DNA of 64,000 nt, taken from the NCBI GenBank assembly GCA_965235115.1, contig OZ249436.1, positions 53,446,001 through 53,510,000 of the forward strand. Direction: 5' to 3'. Position numbers and translations under genes: made by a program. The DNA is from Laetmonice hystrix (taxonomy: Eukaryota). Positions 13,258 through 26,888 of the stretch are shown here, piece by piece. Each line of letters starts with the position of its first letter. The first letter of the stretch is position 1. The notes under the pieces are model-generated. The model was not told where the DNA came from. It did not search any database and saw nothing but the letters and a program-made list of their open reading frames with translations.

Positions 13258-14189
13258 AACTCATTACACTCTTATTAGTCTAGTAGAGGCAACCAAACAC
13301 TCGAACATAGGCCTATACTTAGGCTATAGTATAGTGGTAATTATGCCGCGATAGTTGCCCATTGGTATGGTAGGCCTAACATAGGGCCTACATCGATTTT
13401 TCTCATAAAGGCCTAGGCCTACATGACAAGAACTTTGGCTAATGGCGGCTTAAGTGGTTGCCATTGCCCCCCTTTCCCTATGCCTATAGCCTAACTGTAA
13501 CGTGGCCTAGGCCTACGTAATAACGCTGTCAGACCATAATTTGCGTAGGCCTAGGCCTATAGCTATGCCTACTGGATTCCCTAGAGCTAAACATAAGTCA
13601 TAAACCTAAATATTCAGGTCTGTGAGCTAAAGAGATGGCAGCACCTGGAGTGCATTTCAATATCAAAAGATATCTTTGCCAAAGATACTAGTGCAGTCTG
13701 GATGGGGAGATCGAGAGCCAGTGTTTTTAGTGCCCCCCCCCCGACCCACTGCCTAAAAAATTATCATCGATTGTCCACGATTTAAAAAAAAACAGGATTC
13801 CGTTTTCATGAGGCAATTCCGCGAATTCCGTCCGTTTTCCGCAATCGCGGAAAACAGATTGCACTACATCTATCTATCCATCCATCCATCCATCCAAAAT
13901 AAATTTGTTCAGATTCAACAACAAGGCCTACTGTAACTAACAGTGCTACACGTCGTGGTTCCAAGATTATCTCGGCTCTTGACAGCACTCTGACGTTTCC
14001 AGTGGATTCCACCAGGTGGCGTAAAAATCTCCCCCTAGCGGAAACCTAGCGGAAACTCACAGAGTCACGTGACATTGAAGTTTTGCCACTCGGGTTGGCG
14101 GAAGACGAGAAGGGTGGTAGGCTTAAACGGATTCAGTAGGTTGCCAAAGTTCGTTGTGGTTCTTTTTCGATAGGCCTATCATTTCAATA

Positions 14190-14475
14190 ATGGAATCGGC
14201 GCTTTCGTGGTTGAGCCTGAACAATCCTGTGATATATGCGGCAGCAGGTCTCGTGATCACTATTGCAGCCATTGTGGCCGGCAATGTTTACACACGCATA
14301 CAAATTTCTAAGGATAGGACTGGCAAACTGCCCGTAAGAGACGCTCCATCTAAAATCCAAGCAGAATCCAAGCTGGAACTAGTGAATGAAAGGAATGGGA
14401 AGCGAGAATCAAAACAAGATATCGACTTATCTATGGCAGCCGGTCAGTGGCCGGTTGACAGCAAGGATGACGATG
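14190..14475 (+). CDS. MXRA7: MXRA7-like single-pass membrane protein, exon 1 (N-terminal TM helix)
   Basis: MESALSWLSLNNPVIYAAAGLVITIAAIVAGNVY hydrophobic anchor; phase-1 donor G|GTGAG; joins in frame to the downstream exons (total 1509 nt, 502 aa). A GTCACGTGAC E-box lies ~120 bp upstream. Confidence 0.7.
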
Positions 14476-15205
14476 GTGAGTAGCGTGTCATTGAATGATT
14501 ATTTATGTATGACGTGTGGTAGGCGGGGTGGGGTGGGTGGGGGGGGGGGGGGGGGGTAGCAAGTGACATTTTACAGCCCACTTTCCATGTGATACCCTCC
14601 TTTGAACCCCTCCTTTGGTAAATTTTACCCTTGAACCACTCCCAAGAAAGGTTTTATTTCTAACAGATACCGGTATATAAAAGTGTATGATCATCATAGC
14701 CTAATAATATTAATAGCCCAATTCTAGAAGGCTAAATAGGTTATTGATGATAGTTGATACCTAGATAGGTAGGCCTACTCAGGCTACTGGGTTTTATGCA
14801 CGAGTTGCTCCAGCCAGGAGGCATTGGGCGAGCTTGCGAGCCCAATACAGCCTTCTGAAGCAACAGGGGCAGATCTAGGGTCTATATTCATGGGGGGTCC
14901 TAGGGGGGTCCAGCATAAAAAGGGCAAATCGAGGGGGGATCCGTTGTAAAAACAATAAGGCATTTTGGTTATAAAAAAAATTTAATTTGGCAAATTTGAG
15001 GGGGGGGGGGGGGGGTCTGTACGTCGCAGACACCCACCCACCCTGGATCCGCCACTGCTCCCCATGGACGGTAATGCATTTTTTTCCCGGAGGGAGGGAC
15101 AAGTGACAATTTTTCAATTTCTGAGGGTATGGTACTCTCAAGAGTCAAAACGCAATTTTCCTGGTGTGGTATTGTTTCAGCAACAGTTTTCTGGGGACAG
15201 TTGTG

Positions 15206-15385
15206 CAGGCCTCGAATTACACGACGGCATCGACGGCATTTGCCGTCGTGCCTTTTCCATGACCATGTATCATAAATTTGCTGTCGTGCCCTTGAAAAAT
15301 CTTATGGTGTTTCTTATGAGTTATGTATCGACAGTTATGAGTTATGTTTTTGCCATGCCCCTGTCAACTTCTAATTCGAGGCCTG
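15206..15385. mobile_element. Small CAG-ended MITE (hAT-like, ~6-bp TSD), copy 1
   Basis: TIR CAGGCCTCGAATTA / TAATTCGAGGCCTG; flanks GTTGTG / GTCGTG (one mismatch). Confidence 0.75.
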
Positions 15386-15816
15386 GTCGTGGTCTGCTCT
15401 GCTTACCGGGCTGAAATCCAAGGAGGGTGGACGTCTTTGATCGGTTGCATTTTCTTTCCTTTTCACTCATTTTCGCTGTTCTGTCACCCTAGAGCTCTGC
15501 CTCTAAGCAGACCCACGTCCCACCTACCAGCTCCACAACATACAGTTTGTAGCCATGACTGGAAGCTAGGCGAAAAGTAACTAAAAATTTTGTGGGGAAA
15601 GTCTAAGGTCGAATGATGTTAGTTTTTTATACTGTAGACCTAGGCTAAGTAGTCTCAGAGATATTAGCGTGGGCATAAAAAAAATGTCAGGGCAACATGC
15701 TGTTTTAGTTCCCAACTTGGTAGGACATGCTATAGAGGGATGTGCGGGCCCATGCCAGGCGGCGCCGGGTGGGCACGCCCGGCACCGATTTTAGCCGCCC
15801 GGCACAAAGCTAAAAA

Positions 15817-15974
15817 CAGGCCTCGAATTACACGACAGTATCGACGGCATTTGCCATGGTGCCTTTTTCATGTATCGTAAATTTGCCGCCGTGCCCTGGA
15901 AAAATCTGACGTTGATTCTTATGTATCGACGGCAGTTTTTGCCGTGCCCCTTTCAACTTCTAATTCGAGGCCTG
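15817..15974. mobile_element. Small CAG-ended MITE (hAT-like, 6-bp TSD), copy 2
   Basis: Same TIRs as 15206-15385; TAAAAA duplicated on both sides. Confidence 0.8.
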
Positions 15975-16355
15975 TAAAAAGGTTCAAGTACCGCCCGGCA
16001 GGAATTTTTATTAGGCTGATCATCGGATAAATCATTAAATTACTTCCTCTTGTTCATTCATACCAAGGCCCGCACCCCTTGCCAACTGAAAACCTTGTCT
16101 TTATGGCAGCTACGCAAAACTACCATCCAGCAGTCATTTTTTTTCAGGGCACATCCCTGGCTATAGCAGCCTTCCCAGAGACTCTAGATATATTTCCTTT
16201 AAAAACCTATATTTTGATGGTTGATATCAAGGCTGATTTCAGGCGTTGTCAGGAGTGGAGCGCGATCGCGCACGAGCTCCATCGAGCTCCCCATTTAGGT
16301 TTGGGGAGAGTGATAATTGCGCTCCTGCAAAGTCTGAAGAAAAAGAACACTATAA

Positions 16356-16745
16356 GGCCAAAAAAAAAAAAGTTTCGTTTCTTGTCCTTTCATATAAAAA
16401 AAATGGTGCGGTGACGCGGCTTTTTTTTTTTTTTATCTTTCTTTTTTTTTTTTGGATGCAACTAGACAACGGCCGATTCTTCGAATGCAATTGCTGTAGG
16501 GTACATAAATCTTGAAGAAAAGACTAATGCAATGATGTTCAATGTTTTAGAATGTGTAAAACTCGCATAAAAAGCAATAAGACTAACAGAAAGGCGCCAA
16601 CGCCAAAGAACCGTTGCAACGTTCTGTCTCAGCGCTACACTGCCCACCATATGAAGCAGTCGGATTTGAAAAAAAAAGACTTGACGCGGGGGTTTTTAGG
16701 TGACGCGCGCGGGGACAAGAAACGAATCTATTTTTTTTTTTGGCC
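16356..16745. mobile_element. MITE with TAA TSD and GGCC termini (PIF/Harbinger-like)
   Basis: TAA|GGCCAAAAAAAAAAAAGTTTCGTTTCTTGTCC ... GGACAAGAAACGAATCTATTTTTTTTTTGGCC|TAA. Confidence 0.75.
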
Positions 16746-16784
16746 TAATAGTCGGACAGCACTGCCATGGCAAAAGGATCACAA

Positions 16785-18385
16785 TTTTTTAGCCCCCACA
16801 ACGGGGGGCTTATAATTCGACCTCCGTCCGTCCGTCCGTACGTACGTACGTACGTACGTACGTCCGTCCGTCCGTACGTCCGTCCGTATGTCCGTAGACA
16901 GCGATTTCTCAGAAGTGTATGGGTCGATTTCTTTGAAACTTCACACAAGGATCAGGGATGAACTGAGGATGATGCACGTCAAACAGATTTTTGATATCAT
17001 TCAAAATGGCCGCTTGGCGGCCATCTTGGATGTAAATACATTTTGAGCAATAACTCAGCTAAAACAATCACGATTTCTTTCAAACATGGTGCAGGGATGA
17101 GGCATAATGAGGGCCAATATGCATCACAATAAAATTTCAATTCAGATCCAAAATGGCGACATGGCGGCCATATTTGTTTCTTGACCCCCACAATGACACT
17201 GTTTTGGCTTATATCTCAAAAACGGTGCAAGATGACGCAATAGTTACTATTATTGATAGATAGGAAGTCATATATGACGTTCCATTTGGCGCCATTTTCG
17301 ATGACCTTGAGCGACCTTGAAAGGTCATGCATATTTTCAATAGCCTGGATCTTCAAAACAGTTAAAGATAACGACATAATCTTGGAAGAAACATTACATA
17401 AATGATCCGGGACAGTCCACGGATGAGGCAGGTCAAAGATATTTTTGACATCAGTCAAAATGGCCGCGTGGTGGCCATCTTGGATGTAAACACATTTGGA
17501 GTAATAACTCAGACAAAACGATCCCGATTTCTTTCAAATTTGGTGGAAAGAAGGTGTATATGAGGGGCAATGTATATGCCAATGTATTGCCAGATCAGAG
17601 CAAATATGGCGACATGGCGGCCATATTAAATTTACCCCCCCCCATAACAATGTTTTGGCTCATATCTCGAAAACGGTGCAAGATAAGGCAATAGTTATTA
17701 TTATTGACAGATAGGAAGTCATATATGACGTTTCATTTGGCGCCATTTTCGATGACCTTGAGCGACCTTGAAAGGTCAATCAAGGTCATGCATATTTTAA
17801 TGGCCTGTACCTCCAAACCAGTTGAAAATAACAACATCTAATCTTGCATGAAACATTACATAATAACCAGGGACAGTCTAAGGAGGACACAGGTCAAATA
17901 TATCATTAAAAATGGCTGCTTGGTGGCCATCTTGGATTTAAAGAAATTCGAAGCAATAACTCTGACATTTTCTGGATTTCGTTCTTGCTGACAGAATGCA
18001 TGAGGGGCAACAAGCGTGCCAAAAGTACGCATAGTTCCTGGACCCACAGATAATTTGTCCCTACTCAGTTGGTTCACGCCAGATAACGCTATCAAACTGT
18101 ACATAACTGACCTCTAAAGGTCAATCGAGGTCAAGCATATCTACAAAACACTTCACGTCGGATAACACTATCAAACTGTACATAACTGCATAGTTATTGC
18201 AGACACATGCATCTTTACGCTGGATAACGCCATCAAGCTGTACATAACTGCATAGAACTTTACTAAGTTTACGAAGTTTCATTTGACAATATTTCCTTTG
18301 CCCTTCAAAGATCAATTGAAGTCGTGCATCGTTTTTTCAAGAATCCATAGTTCGTGGTGGGGGCTATAAGCTTCACAAGCTTGTT
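16785..18385 (+). mobile_element. Helentron-associated (HINE/DINE-like) non-autonomous rolling-circle element, copy 1
   Basis: T-run, subTIR AGCCCCCAC with adjacent inverted GGGGGCT, (CGTC/CGTA)n microsatellite, ~450-bp internal repeats, 3' GTGGGGGCT plus AAGCTT-CAC-AAGCTT hairpin; near-identical to 25355-26888. Confidence 0.8.
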
Positions 18386-18760
18386 CTTTATAATTATCAC
18401 TTTTGACATGTCATTTACTCATTTCAGACCTTATTTTGTGCTCTAAGATGTACCAATTGCCATCAAATTACACCATAAATTTCAAAATATTCTGGGGGCA
18501 TGCCCTCCGAGCCCCCTAGGATGGCTTCCCAACTTCGGCGCTCGCTCAGTCCCGCAGCCAAAGTGTAACCCCCCTAAAAATCCTGCCCAGAGTCCTAGAC
18601 ATCCCTGCCATATAAATTGTGTTCTAAATAACCTTAAATTTCAAAATTTTCCTGGGGGCCATGCTCCCGGACCCCCCTAGCTATACGCTTCGTGCCTTCA
18701 CAGTTCATGTTTATCACTCGCAGATTTTGCGCGCCTTCAGCACTCGAGATAGACTTATAC

Positions 18761-18894
18761 CTGGGCCCGGTTCACGAACAAAGTCAAGTCAATTTTAATT
18801 GACTTGAAGTCAATTTTACTTGAATCTAATTGGTTAAAATGGATTTCAAGTTAATTAAAATTGACTTGACTTTGTGTTCGAACCCAGGGCCCAG
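18761..18894. mobile_element. Short palindromic (foldback) MITE
   Basis: CTGGGCCC...CAAAGTCAAGTCAATTTTAATT / AATTAAAATTGACTTGACTTTG...GGGCCCAG. Confidence 0.65.
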
Positions 18895-19762
18895 GGCCCA
18901 GGAGTCCGCTACGATTTTTGAGAGTCTTGGACTCACGGACTCCCATCGAAATAATTCAGAAAAAAATAATTTGGGAAGGATGCATGATCATGCTTACAGT
19001 TACAGCTATTGTTCAGTTCGACTATCTGCTACTCAGCAGGGGTCACAAGACTGATATGTTTCACTCAGAATCCCCCTATCGTGGTGGCTGGATTACTCTA
19101 GTGTTTATGCCAAACTATTACATAAATACGGCCTGTAAGTGGTCATTTCTTGTTACATCCAGTCGGGTTGTATTGGTATTCTATAGACTGGACTCCCACA
19201 TTTTTTGGCGGACTCCTAAATTTTGCAACTTGGGAGTCCTGCTGACGCATGAAATCAACCCCTGCTTTTGTTGTTGTGGGGGTTTTTTTGGTTGATGGGG
19301 GGGGGGGGGAGGGGTGAGAGGTGTTGATAGATTTTCTATGCATGTTGTGTATACTAAACCGTTGAGGTGATCGAAGCTGAGGGTAAGTTCTGCTTGGTTC
19401 TAGATTATTCTGCTATACAGCATGGATGTGTGGGTTGCATAATCATGCCAAGATTCCCCCTGGTGCTTCGCTTTATTATGGCATCCTAATATCGGGGTGA
19501 CAATAGGTCCGTATTAGGGACAAGTGACTGTCACTGTCACTAATTATCTAGCAGCTGCTGTTGTGCATCCCTCGCTTGCGGCAATCATGAAGCAGGGGTA
19601 TTTCCGATGGACTCCTGGATGCACTTAGCACTAGGGATTCACACACCTGCATGTGTGCTCAGAGTAAAGGGAGTACCACACCTGGAACAGGTGCAACCCC
19701 ATTTCAGGCCCAAGCGTCACTTCCAGGTGTCGGTGTCGCATTTCAGACAGTTAGGAGATCTA

Positions 19763-19985
19763 CCGTATATGTCCTATTTGCCGCACACCTCCTATTTGCC
19801 GCGCACCCCAGCATTTTTTAAAACCCAATGTGTTTGTCAGGGGTGGAAATTTGGGAAAACTCATATTGGGGACTCATATTGGGGACCTATTTGGAAAGAA
19901 AATGCCCCCTTAACGTTAAAATAATTCATTTGCCGCGCACCCCCCTTCTGCACACGCGCATGCGCGGCAAATAGGACATATACGG
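19763..19985. mobile_element. Tc1/mariner-pogo-type MITE with TA TSD
   Basis: TA|CCGTATATGTCCTATTTGCCGC ... GCGGCAAATAGGACATATACGG|TA. Confidence 0.85.
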
Positions 19986-20915
19986 TATACTCATTTTAAT
20001 GGTTTAGTGGTGGCAGGTCAACACGCATGTAGTACAGTGTGCGTGACTAATATTGATGATCTGGCCAGCTATACTGGACAGGTAGACTAGAGAGCTGTAA
20101 GATGTATCACCACTTATTATTTACATGGGAACAGTATATGTTTACAGCTCCCAGCTGGTTGTGCAGTGCTCAGATTTTCCTTTCGGTAATCGTTATAAAA
20201 TCCTGCCATTTTTTTCGGAAACCAAGGAATGAGCATTAAGGAATGATGATTGCAGCTGGATGATTGATCCTATGAAGTGTGAATTAATATACTGTAATAT
20301 ATGTTATATATGTTATATATGTTATACTGTAGATTATTGTTAAAACTTAAAACTGAAGCAAAGCTGACCTTGTAGCTACCAGAAATCATTGTAAACTTGG
20401 TGTTCCCTCACAAGTCTATTCAGCCATGAGTCATCATCGGAGGAGATGATCAAAAGGCAGGGATCAGATTTGGCCTTGATGCCAAGGGGACATTTGGCGA
20501 AGGTCCACTGCATATCTACGTCTGCTAGTGTTGGTGAGGAAGGCACGAAATTCTGCCAGCTTTCTCTCTTTCACCTGTGTCATTAAAGGGTTAAAACATG
20601 GTTTGCGTAAACCAGTTAGCCTTCTCATCATCATGTGAAATGCTGGCCATGTTTGTGTAGCTAGTACCCGGGGTAGTACATTTTGGCTGCACAAGATTCA
20701 GCAGAATGTCTACATCAAGTGAGAGAGTCCGAAATTGTACCAGTACACCTGTTTTGAAATGTGGTCACACCTGTTATAGTGTTAGATCAACTGCCTTTAT
20801 TCTGGAAGGATCAACCCCAATAAGCTAAACTATATTGGGGCCCTGAAACCCCATTTTAACGTATTCAGGAGTAGTGAAAAGCAGAATACGGTATACTGAA
20901 TAAACTGTATAAGTG

Positions 20916-21293
20916 CAGGCCCGTAGCCAGCCTTCCAGGTGGGGGGGGGGGGGGGGGGGGGTGGGGGGTCTGGACTTCGATGGGCGGAACAAGGTATGGT
21001 TGGGCAGTCTAGGACAGGGCCGTAGCTAGAAATTTCTGAGTGGGGGGGGGGGGCAGTCATGGGTGGATCCAGGCGAAGGCTCCAAGACATGAGCGGGGGG
21101 TCTGGGGGCCCTCCCCCAGAAAAAATGGAAATTACAGGGCCAAATACGCGTTTTCCTGGCATCTGGGAAATAAATCCAAGGTTTTCCAGAGCCTATCCAG
21201 CACTAAAGGGTGGAACAAAATCTTAGGGATGGGCAACTGGGGGGGGGGGGGGTCGTCTGACCCCCCGACCCCCCCCCCCTGGCTACGGGCCTG
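20916..21293. mobile_element. G-run-rich CAG-ended MITE with 5-bp TSD (hAT-like)
   Basis: AAGTG|CAGGCCCGTAGCCAG ... CTGGCTACGGGCCTG|AAGTG. Confidence 0.8.
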
Positions 21294-23113
21294 AAGTGTA
21301 AAACACGCAATAACGCAATTGTCCACATGGAGTAGCGTAACATGACATTTTGTCTTGTAATATTTAATTAGTATACATACTTTTTTTGAAGCATTTCAGC
21401 TTGGAATAATAGATAACGGGGGGGGGGGGGGTGTACTGGTGTAGGGGGAGGGATTCCATTTACTTGAGGCAGGAGTCTGTAACCACGTGATATCCCATTC
21501 AATAGTCATTGATCTGACCGTTTTAAATTATACAGTCTCTTGAAGAAAAAATTGGCGTTGGCCACATGGGGGAGTTTCTAATTTGCCATACTGTGACTTA
21601 TTTATTTCCACGTTTTTCTACAGGAAACTGGATTGATCTGCCCCTTTTAAATGCCAGCTTGCCCACTTAGCAATAACACTTCTAGTTCTAGGGTTATACA
21701 AGATAATCATGGTAATGTGTAACCTAACTATTACATTAGTTTCCGGCATATCTCATTCCCTGAAAACTTAATTGCAGCCCTAATGAGAGTAGATTCTTGA
21801 TGTGCCGGTTATGTTGCATCATCAACCATTGTTTAGTATAGCTGAAGGTCTGACAGCCATAGCAATAAGCATTAACACAATGTCTCATTTAGTGTTCGTT
21901 ATTGATTCCTCATTCCATGCCATTAGCACCACCAGCCCACTTATAAGTTTACAGGAGATCAATATGTGCCCTGGCAATGGGAAATGCAGTGAACCTGAGA
22001 CAGAGTGGATGCAGTGCAGTGACTTTCACCTGGGGACTTGAACTCCGATTTGGAGACATCGGATTCCTATCATGAAAAATGTATCCTAAGGCAGTCTGCC
22101 TTTCTGTGCCCTTGACTATAAATACACATGCATCACCATGAGTATTTAAACCTTTTTTTTCAAACTCCAGCCAAAAGTTAAGATTTAATTTTTTTCGGCT
22201 CATCAAAGTTCGTTCATATATTATCTCTTCATTAATATGCCGTTTCAGGAAGATAACACAAAGAAACGTCGGTGGATTTTAACAAAACTTGGCGTTGCTT
22301 CATAGTTTGGATCGCAGATAAGCTCTGTTCAAAAAATTAAGGAATCTGGAAAGATAATTCAGTGTAAATCTATCAGCTCATGGCCTTTAGGGGAAGAGAC
22401 TGGGTTTGCCTTGTTTCAACTCGTCATATATAACCCCTTTTTTTGGCTCCCCTGGCAAGTGATTGGGAACAGTGGTCCGTCAATCCATCAGTAATCGTCA
22501 CGTCGTAGATGTTCAACATCTCAACATTCCCGACGCGATAAATCCGTCAGCTGATTTGGCCCGATGATCGTCGGCTGCCCCGGCCACACAGACCGATGCA
22601 GACCGACCCGATCGTCGTAGACGATCGGGTCGGTCTGTGTGGCCAGGCCTTTAGTAAGAACGCCATATTGCTTGGCTGATATCACAAAACTATTTTCAAA
22701 ATGGCAGGTGATGTACACACAGACATGTGTCACTTGCAAATTTTGCAAGCCTGAGAATAACAGACGAACGGTCCTTTCGTTCGCCTGTCGGTTACCTAAA
22801 ATAAAAACAGGCGAACGAAAAATGGGTTATGCAAATTTCCCTTAATATCAGGCCTGCAGTGTTACATGCTGTCCGTGTGTCAAAGGCTGAAGGGCAACCG
22901 AAGGCTGTCGCTTGCATATCGTACCACCTTAGAAATTCTTCCAAGGGAGCCTCCATTCAATTCGTAATCTATCGCACACGTGTGCACTGAGCCTATGCCA
23001 TGGCTATGGCTATGGTTGAGAGGAGAGGATGTGGGCCTTTGCTCATGTACAGATTTCATCTACAGTTCTTGGCTAAAATATACGTCCTACTCCTAGACTA
23101 TTATTGTTTGTAG

Positions 23114-23293
23114 CCAAAATCTCTGATGAGCCTCTAGTACTTCCCATGCCAGAAAACATACCAGAGCACCTGAAAAAGATCCTTGATATGGGGTTCCCTG
23201 GTTGCCCCATATTTCGGCGGATGGAAAAATCAGCAGAGTCTGGTGATGAAGTCAAACCCACTTCTGTAAGGATGGAATCGAACCCAGATGCTG
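23114..23293 (+). CDS. MXRA7: MXRA7-like, repeat exon A
   Basis: tag| ... G|GTTAG, 180 nt, phase 1-1; encodes PMPENIPEHLKKILDMGFPGCPIFRRM. Confidence 0.8.
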
Positions 23294-24076
23294 GTTAGTT
23301 TTCGTGCCTGTGTCCTCATTGTGTTCAGTTCCTCCCAGGTTTTCAACTGTTTTATTGATCAATGCAAGTTGAACTGATTACTTGTTGTTGCAACTGTTTT
23401 TAATAACATAAGATTTTCCACCCCATCCACGTATGTGTACTTGATCAATCATAAGAATTATGTCAAAGGCTCCATTACAGAGCATAATTTATGATTTATC
23501 GGGTACTGCATCTTATCTTTCCAGTTGTAGTCTCCCTTTTAAATTGGCTTTCGCCATTTATATTTTTAAATGTTTTTTCTCCGTTTGTCATTGACAATAG
23601 CTATCATAATGATTGGGATACAAAATAAAAACGTTGTTCCATATGATTACTGGTACATGTCAATTTGGTCAACAGATCACCATATGGTGGCAAAGTAATA
23701 TGCTGTTTTGGCTGCTTGACACCTTTTCTAAGATATTAAAATTAAAATCATGCCCGTTACATCATTTTCAGGCACCTAAGTTTAATGAATACTGGTAATA
23801 ACTTCTGGCAACTATTATTATTCATGAAAAAATTGTATTTTTGCTCAGACTAGATTCTGAGGATAAAATTGTTGTAAGGGCCACAGTTTTCCCAGTGCTA
23901 GAAAGCGAGCCCAAAAATCTCAAAATTTCAGACAAGAAGAGGCAGGGGGTTGCTGGACCCACAGACACTTTTATCAATGTGTTGTATCGAGATACCATAG
24001 GCAAACTGTTTGCTTGAAAAAGTTACAAAGTATTTCATATTTCTTGAATGCTGTTTATTTTATAACTTGCTTCCAG

Positions 24077-24268
24077 AGGGATTTGAAGATAAACCGGAAG
24101 TTTTTCCTATGCCAGAAAATATGCCTGAAAATCTTAAGAAAATCCTTGACATGGGATTTCCAGGATGTCCTGTTTTCAAAAGAATGTCTCAGCCCTTGGA
24201 GGCTACAACCAAGGAGGTTGAAAACCTACAGCCCAGCACACACAGTGAGGGCTCCGTTGAAGGAGCCG
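24077..24268 (+). CDS. MXRA7: MXRA7-like, repeat exon B
   Basis: cag| ... G|GTGAG, 192 nt, phase 1-1; PMPENMPENLKKILDMGFPGCPVFKRM. Confidence 0.8.
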
Positions 24269-24413
24269 GTGAGTGGGCATTACCCAGTAGTTTTATGGCA
24301 ACATAATGTGCTCAGTATATAAAATTTATTATGATAATAATAGTATTGGCACTGTAGCATTATTCATTTTCTTCATTATGAGCACATTAAGATATCACAC
24401 ATGATGCTTGCAG

Positions 24414-24605
24414 GTGAGCTTGAAGATAAACCAGAAGTCTTTCCTATGCCAGAAAATATGCCTGAAAATCTGAAGAAAATCCTTGATATGGGATTTCCAG
24501 GTTGTCCTATTTTTAAAAGAATGTCTCAGCCCTTGGAGGCTGCTGCCAAGGAAGTTGAAAACCTGCAGCCCAGCACACAGAGTGAGGGCTCCGTTGAAGG
24601 AGCCG
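24414..24605 (+). CDS. MXRA7: MXRA7-like, repeat exon C
   Basis: cag| ... G|GTGAG, 192 nt, phase 1-1; near-identical to B and D. Confidence 0.8.
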
Positions 24606-24907
24606 GTGAGTGGGCATCAGTTTGATACTAGCAACGTATGATATGTAAAGTTACAATAATACTATATTGTAGCATTTTACAGCTTCAGCATTCTGTTTCT
24701 GTTACACAGAGTTTTAGGGATGAGATTTTTCCGCCAATCAGAGGACGAATTTCCATTGTTTCGTTGTGACAGTCAATGTATTACTTTTTATGGTTTCGGG
24801 GAGCATTAATAAAATAGTGGACAGTTTTCTTGGGATTTTTTATAACAACAGTTTGTCTTGAGCATTGCAATCACATTATGATAATCACATTATCATGATG
24901 CTTGCAG

Positions 24908-25099
24908 GTGCGTTTGAAGATAAACCAGAAGTATTTCCTATGCCAGAAAATATGCCTGAAAATCTGAAGAAAATCCTTGATATGGGATTCCCAGGTTGTC
25001 CTATTTTTAAAAGAATGTCTCAGCCCTTGGAGGCTGCTGCCAAGGAAGTTGAAAACCTGCAGCCCAGCTCACAGAGTGAGGGCTCCGTTGAAGGAGCCG
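24908..25099 (+). CDS. MXRA7: MXRA7-like, repeat exon D
   Basis: cag| ... G|GTGAG, 192 nt, phase 1-1; near-identical to C. Confidence 0.8.
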
Positions 25100-25354
25100 G
25101 TGAGTGGGCATCAGTTTTGGTCTCAACATGTATTCTATTATCTTAGCTACGTTATACTACCCAAATGTTGTGGCATTATCCAGTTTCTGCAGGTTATTTT
25201 GTTACACATTATAATTCACGATCACTTCTGATGTTATATTATATAGATCGACTTCAAAGTTAAGTAATGTTTTGGACAGTTTTACATTTGAGTCAAGAAT
25301 ACACAACATACAAAGATAAGTTATTTTAGCCATCACCAAGGCAAGGGTTCAGTA

Positions 25355-26888
25355 TTTTTAGCCCCCACAACAGGGGGCTTATAATTCGACCTCCGTCCGT
25401 CCGTACATCCGTCCGGACGTCCGTCCGTCCGTCCGTATGTCCGTATGTCCGTAGACAGCGATTTCTCAGAAGTGTATGGATCGATTTCTTTGAAACTTCA
25501 CACAAGGTTCAGGGATGAACTGAGGATGATGCACGTCAAACAGATTTTTGATATCATTCAAAATGGCTGCTTGGCGGCCATCTTGGATGTAAACACATTT
25601 TGAGCAATAACTCAACCAAAACAATCATGATTTCTTTCAAACATGGTGCAGGGATGAGGCATAATGAGGGCCAAAACGCATCACAATAAAATTTCAATTC
25701 AGATCCAAAATGGCGACAGGGCGGCCATATTTGTTTCATGACCCCCACAATGACACTGTTTTGGCTTATATCTCGAAAACGGTGCAAGATGACGCAATAG
25801 TTACTATTATTGATAGATAGGAAGTCATATATGAAGTTTCATTTGGCGCCATTTTCGATGACCTTGAGCGACCTTGAAAGGTCAATCAAGGTCATGCATA
25901 TTTTCAATAGCCTGGACCTTCAAAACAGTTAAAGACAACGACATAATCTTGCATGAAACATTACATAATGATCCGGGACAGTCCACGGATGAGGCAGGTC
26001 AAAGATATTTTTGACATCAGTCAAAATGGCCGCGTGGTGGCCATCTTGGATATAAACACATTTGGAGCAATGACTCAGACAAAACAATCCCGATTTCTTT
26101 CAAATTTGGTGGAAAGAAGGTGTATATGAGGGGCAATGTATATGCCAATGTATTCCCAGATCAGAGCAAATATGGCGACATGGTGGCCATATTAATATTT
26201 TACTCCCCCCCCCCCATAACACTGTTTTGGCTCATATCTCGAAAACGGTGCAAGATAAGGGAATAGTTATTATTATTGATAGATAGGAAGTCATATATGA
26301 AGTTTCAATTGGCGTCATTTTCCATGACCTTGAGCGACCTTGAAAGGTCAATCAAGGTCATGCATATTTTAATGGCCTGTACCTCCAAACCAGTTGAAAA
26401 TAACAACATCTAATCTTGCATGAAACATTACATAATAACCAGGGACAGTCTAAGAAGGACACAGGTCAAATATATCATTAGAAATGGCTGCTTGGTGGCC
26501 ATCTTGGATTTAAAGAAATTCGAAGCAATACATTTTCTGGATTTCGTTCTTGCTGACAGAATGCATGAGGGGCAACAAGCGTGCCAAAAGTACGCATAGT
26601 TCCTGGACCCACAGATAATTTGTCCCTACTCAGTTGGTTCACGCGGGATAACGCTATCAAACTGTACATAACTGACCTCTAAAGGTCAATCGAAGTCAAG
26701 CATATGTACAAAACACTTCACGTCGGATAACACTATCAAATTGTACATAACTGCATAGAACTTTACTAAGTTTACGAAGTTTCATTTGACAATATTTCCT
26801 TTGCCCTTCAAAGATCAATTGAAGTCGTGCATCGTTTTTTCAAGAATCCATATTTCGTGGTGGGGGCTATAAGCTTCACAAGCTTGTT
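25355..26888 (+). mobile_element. Helentron-associated (HINE/DINE-like) element, copy 2
   Basis: Same termini, microsatellite and internal repeats as 16785-18385, same orientation. Confidence 0.8.
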
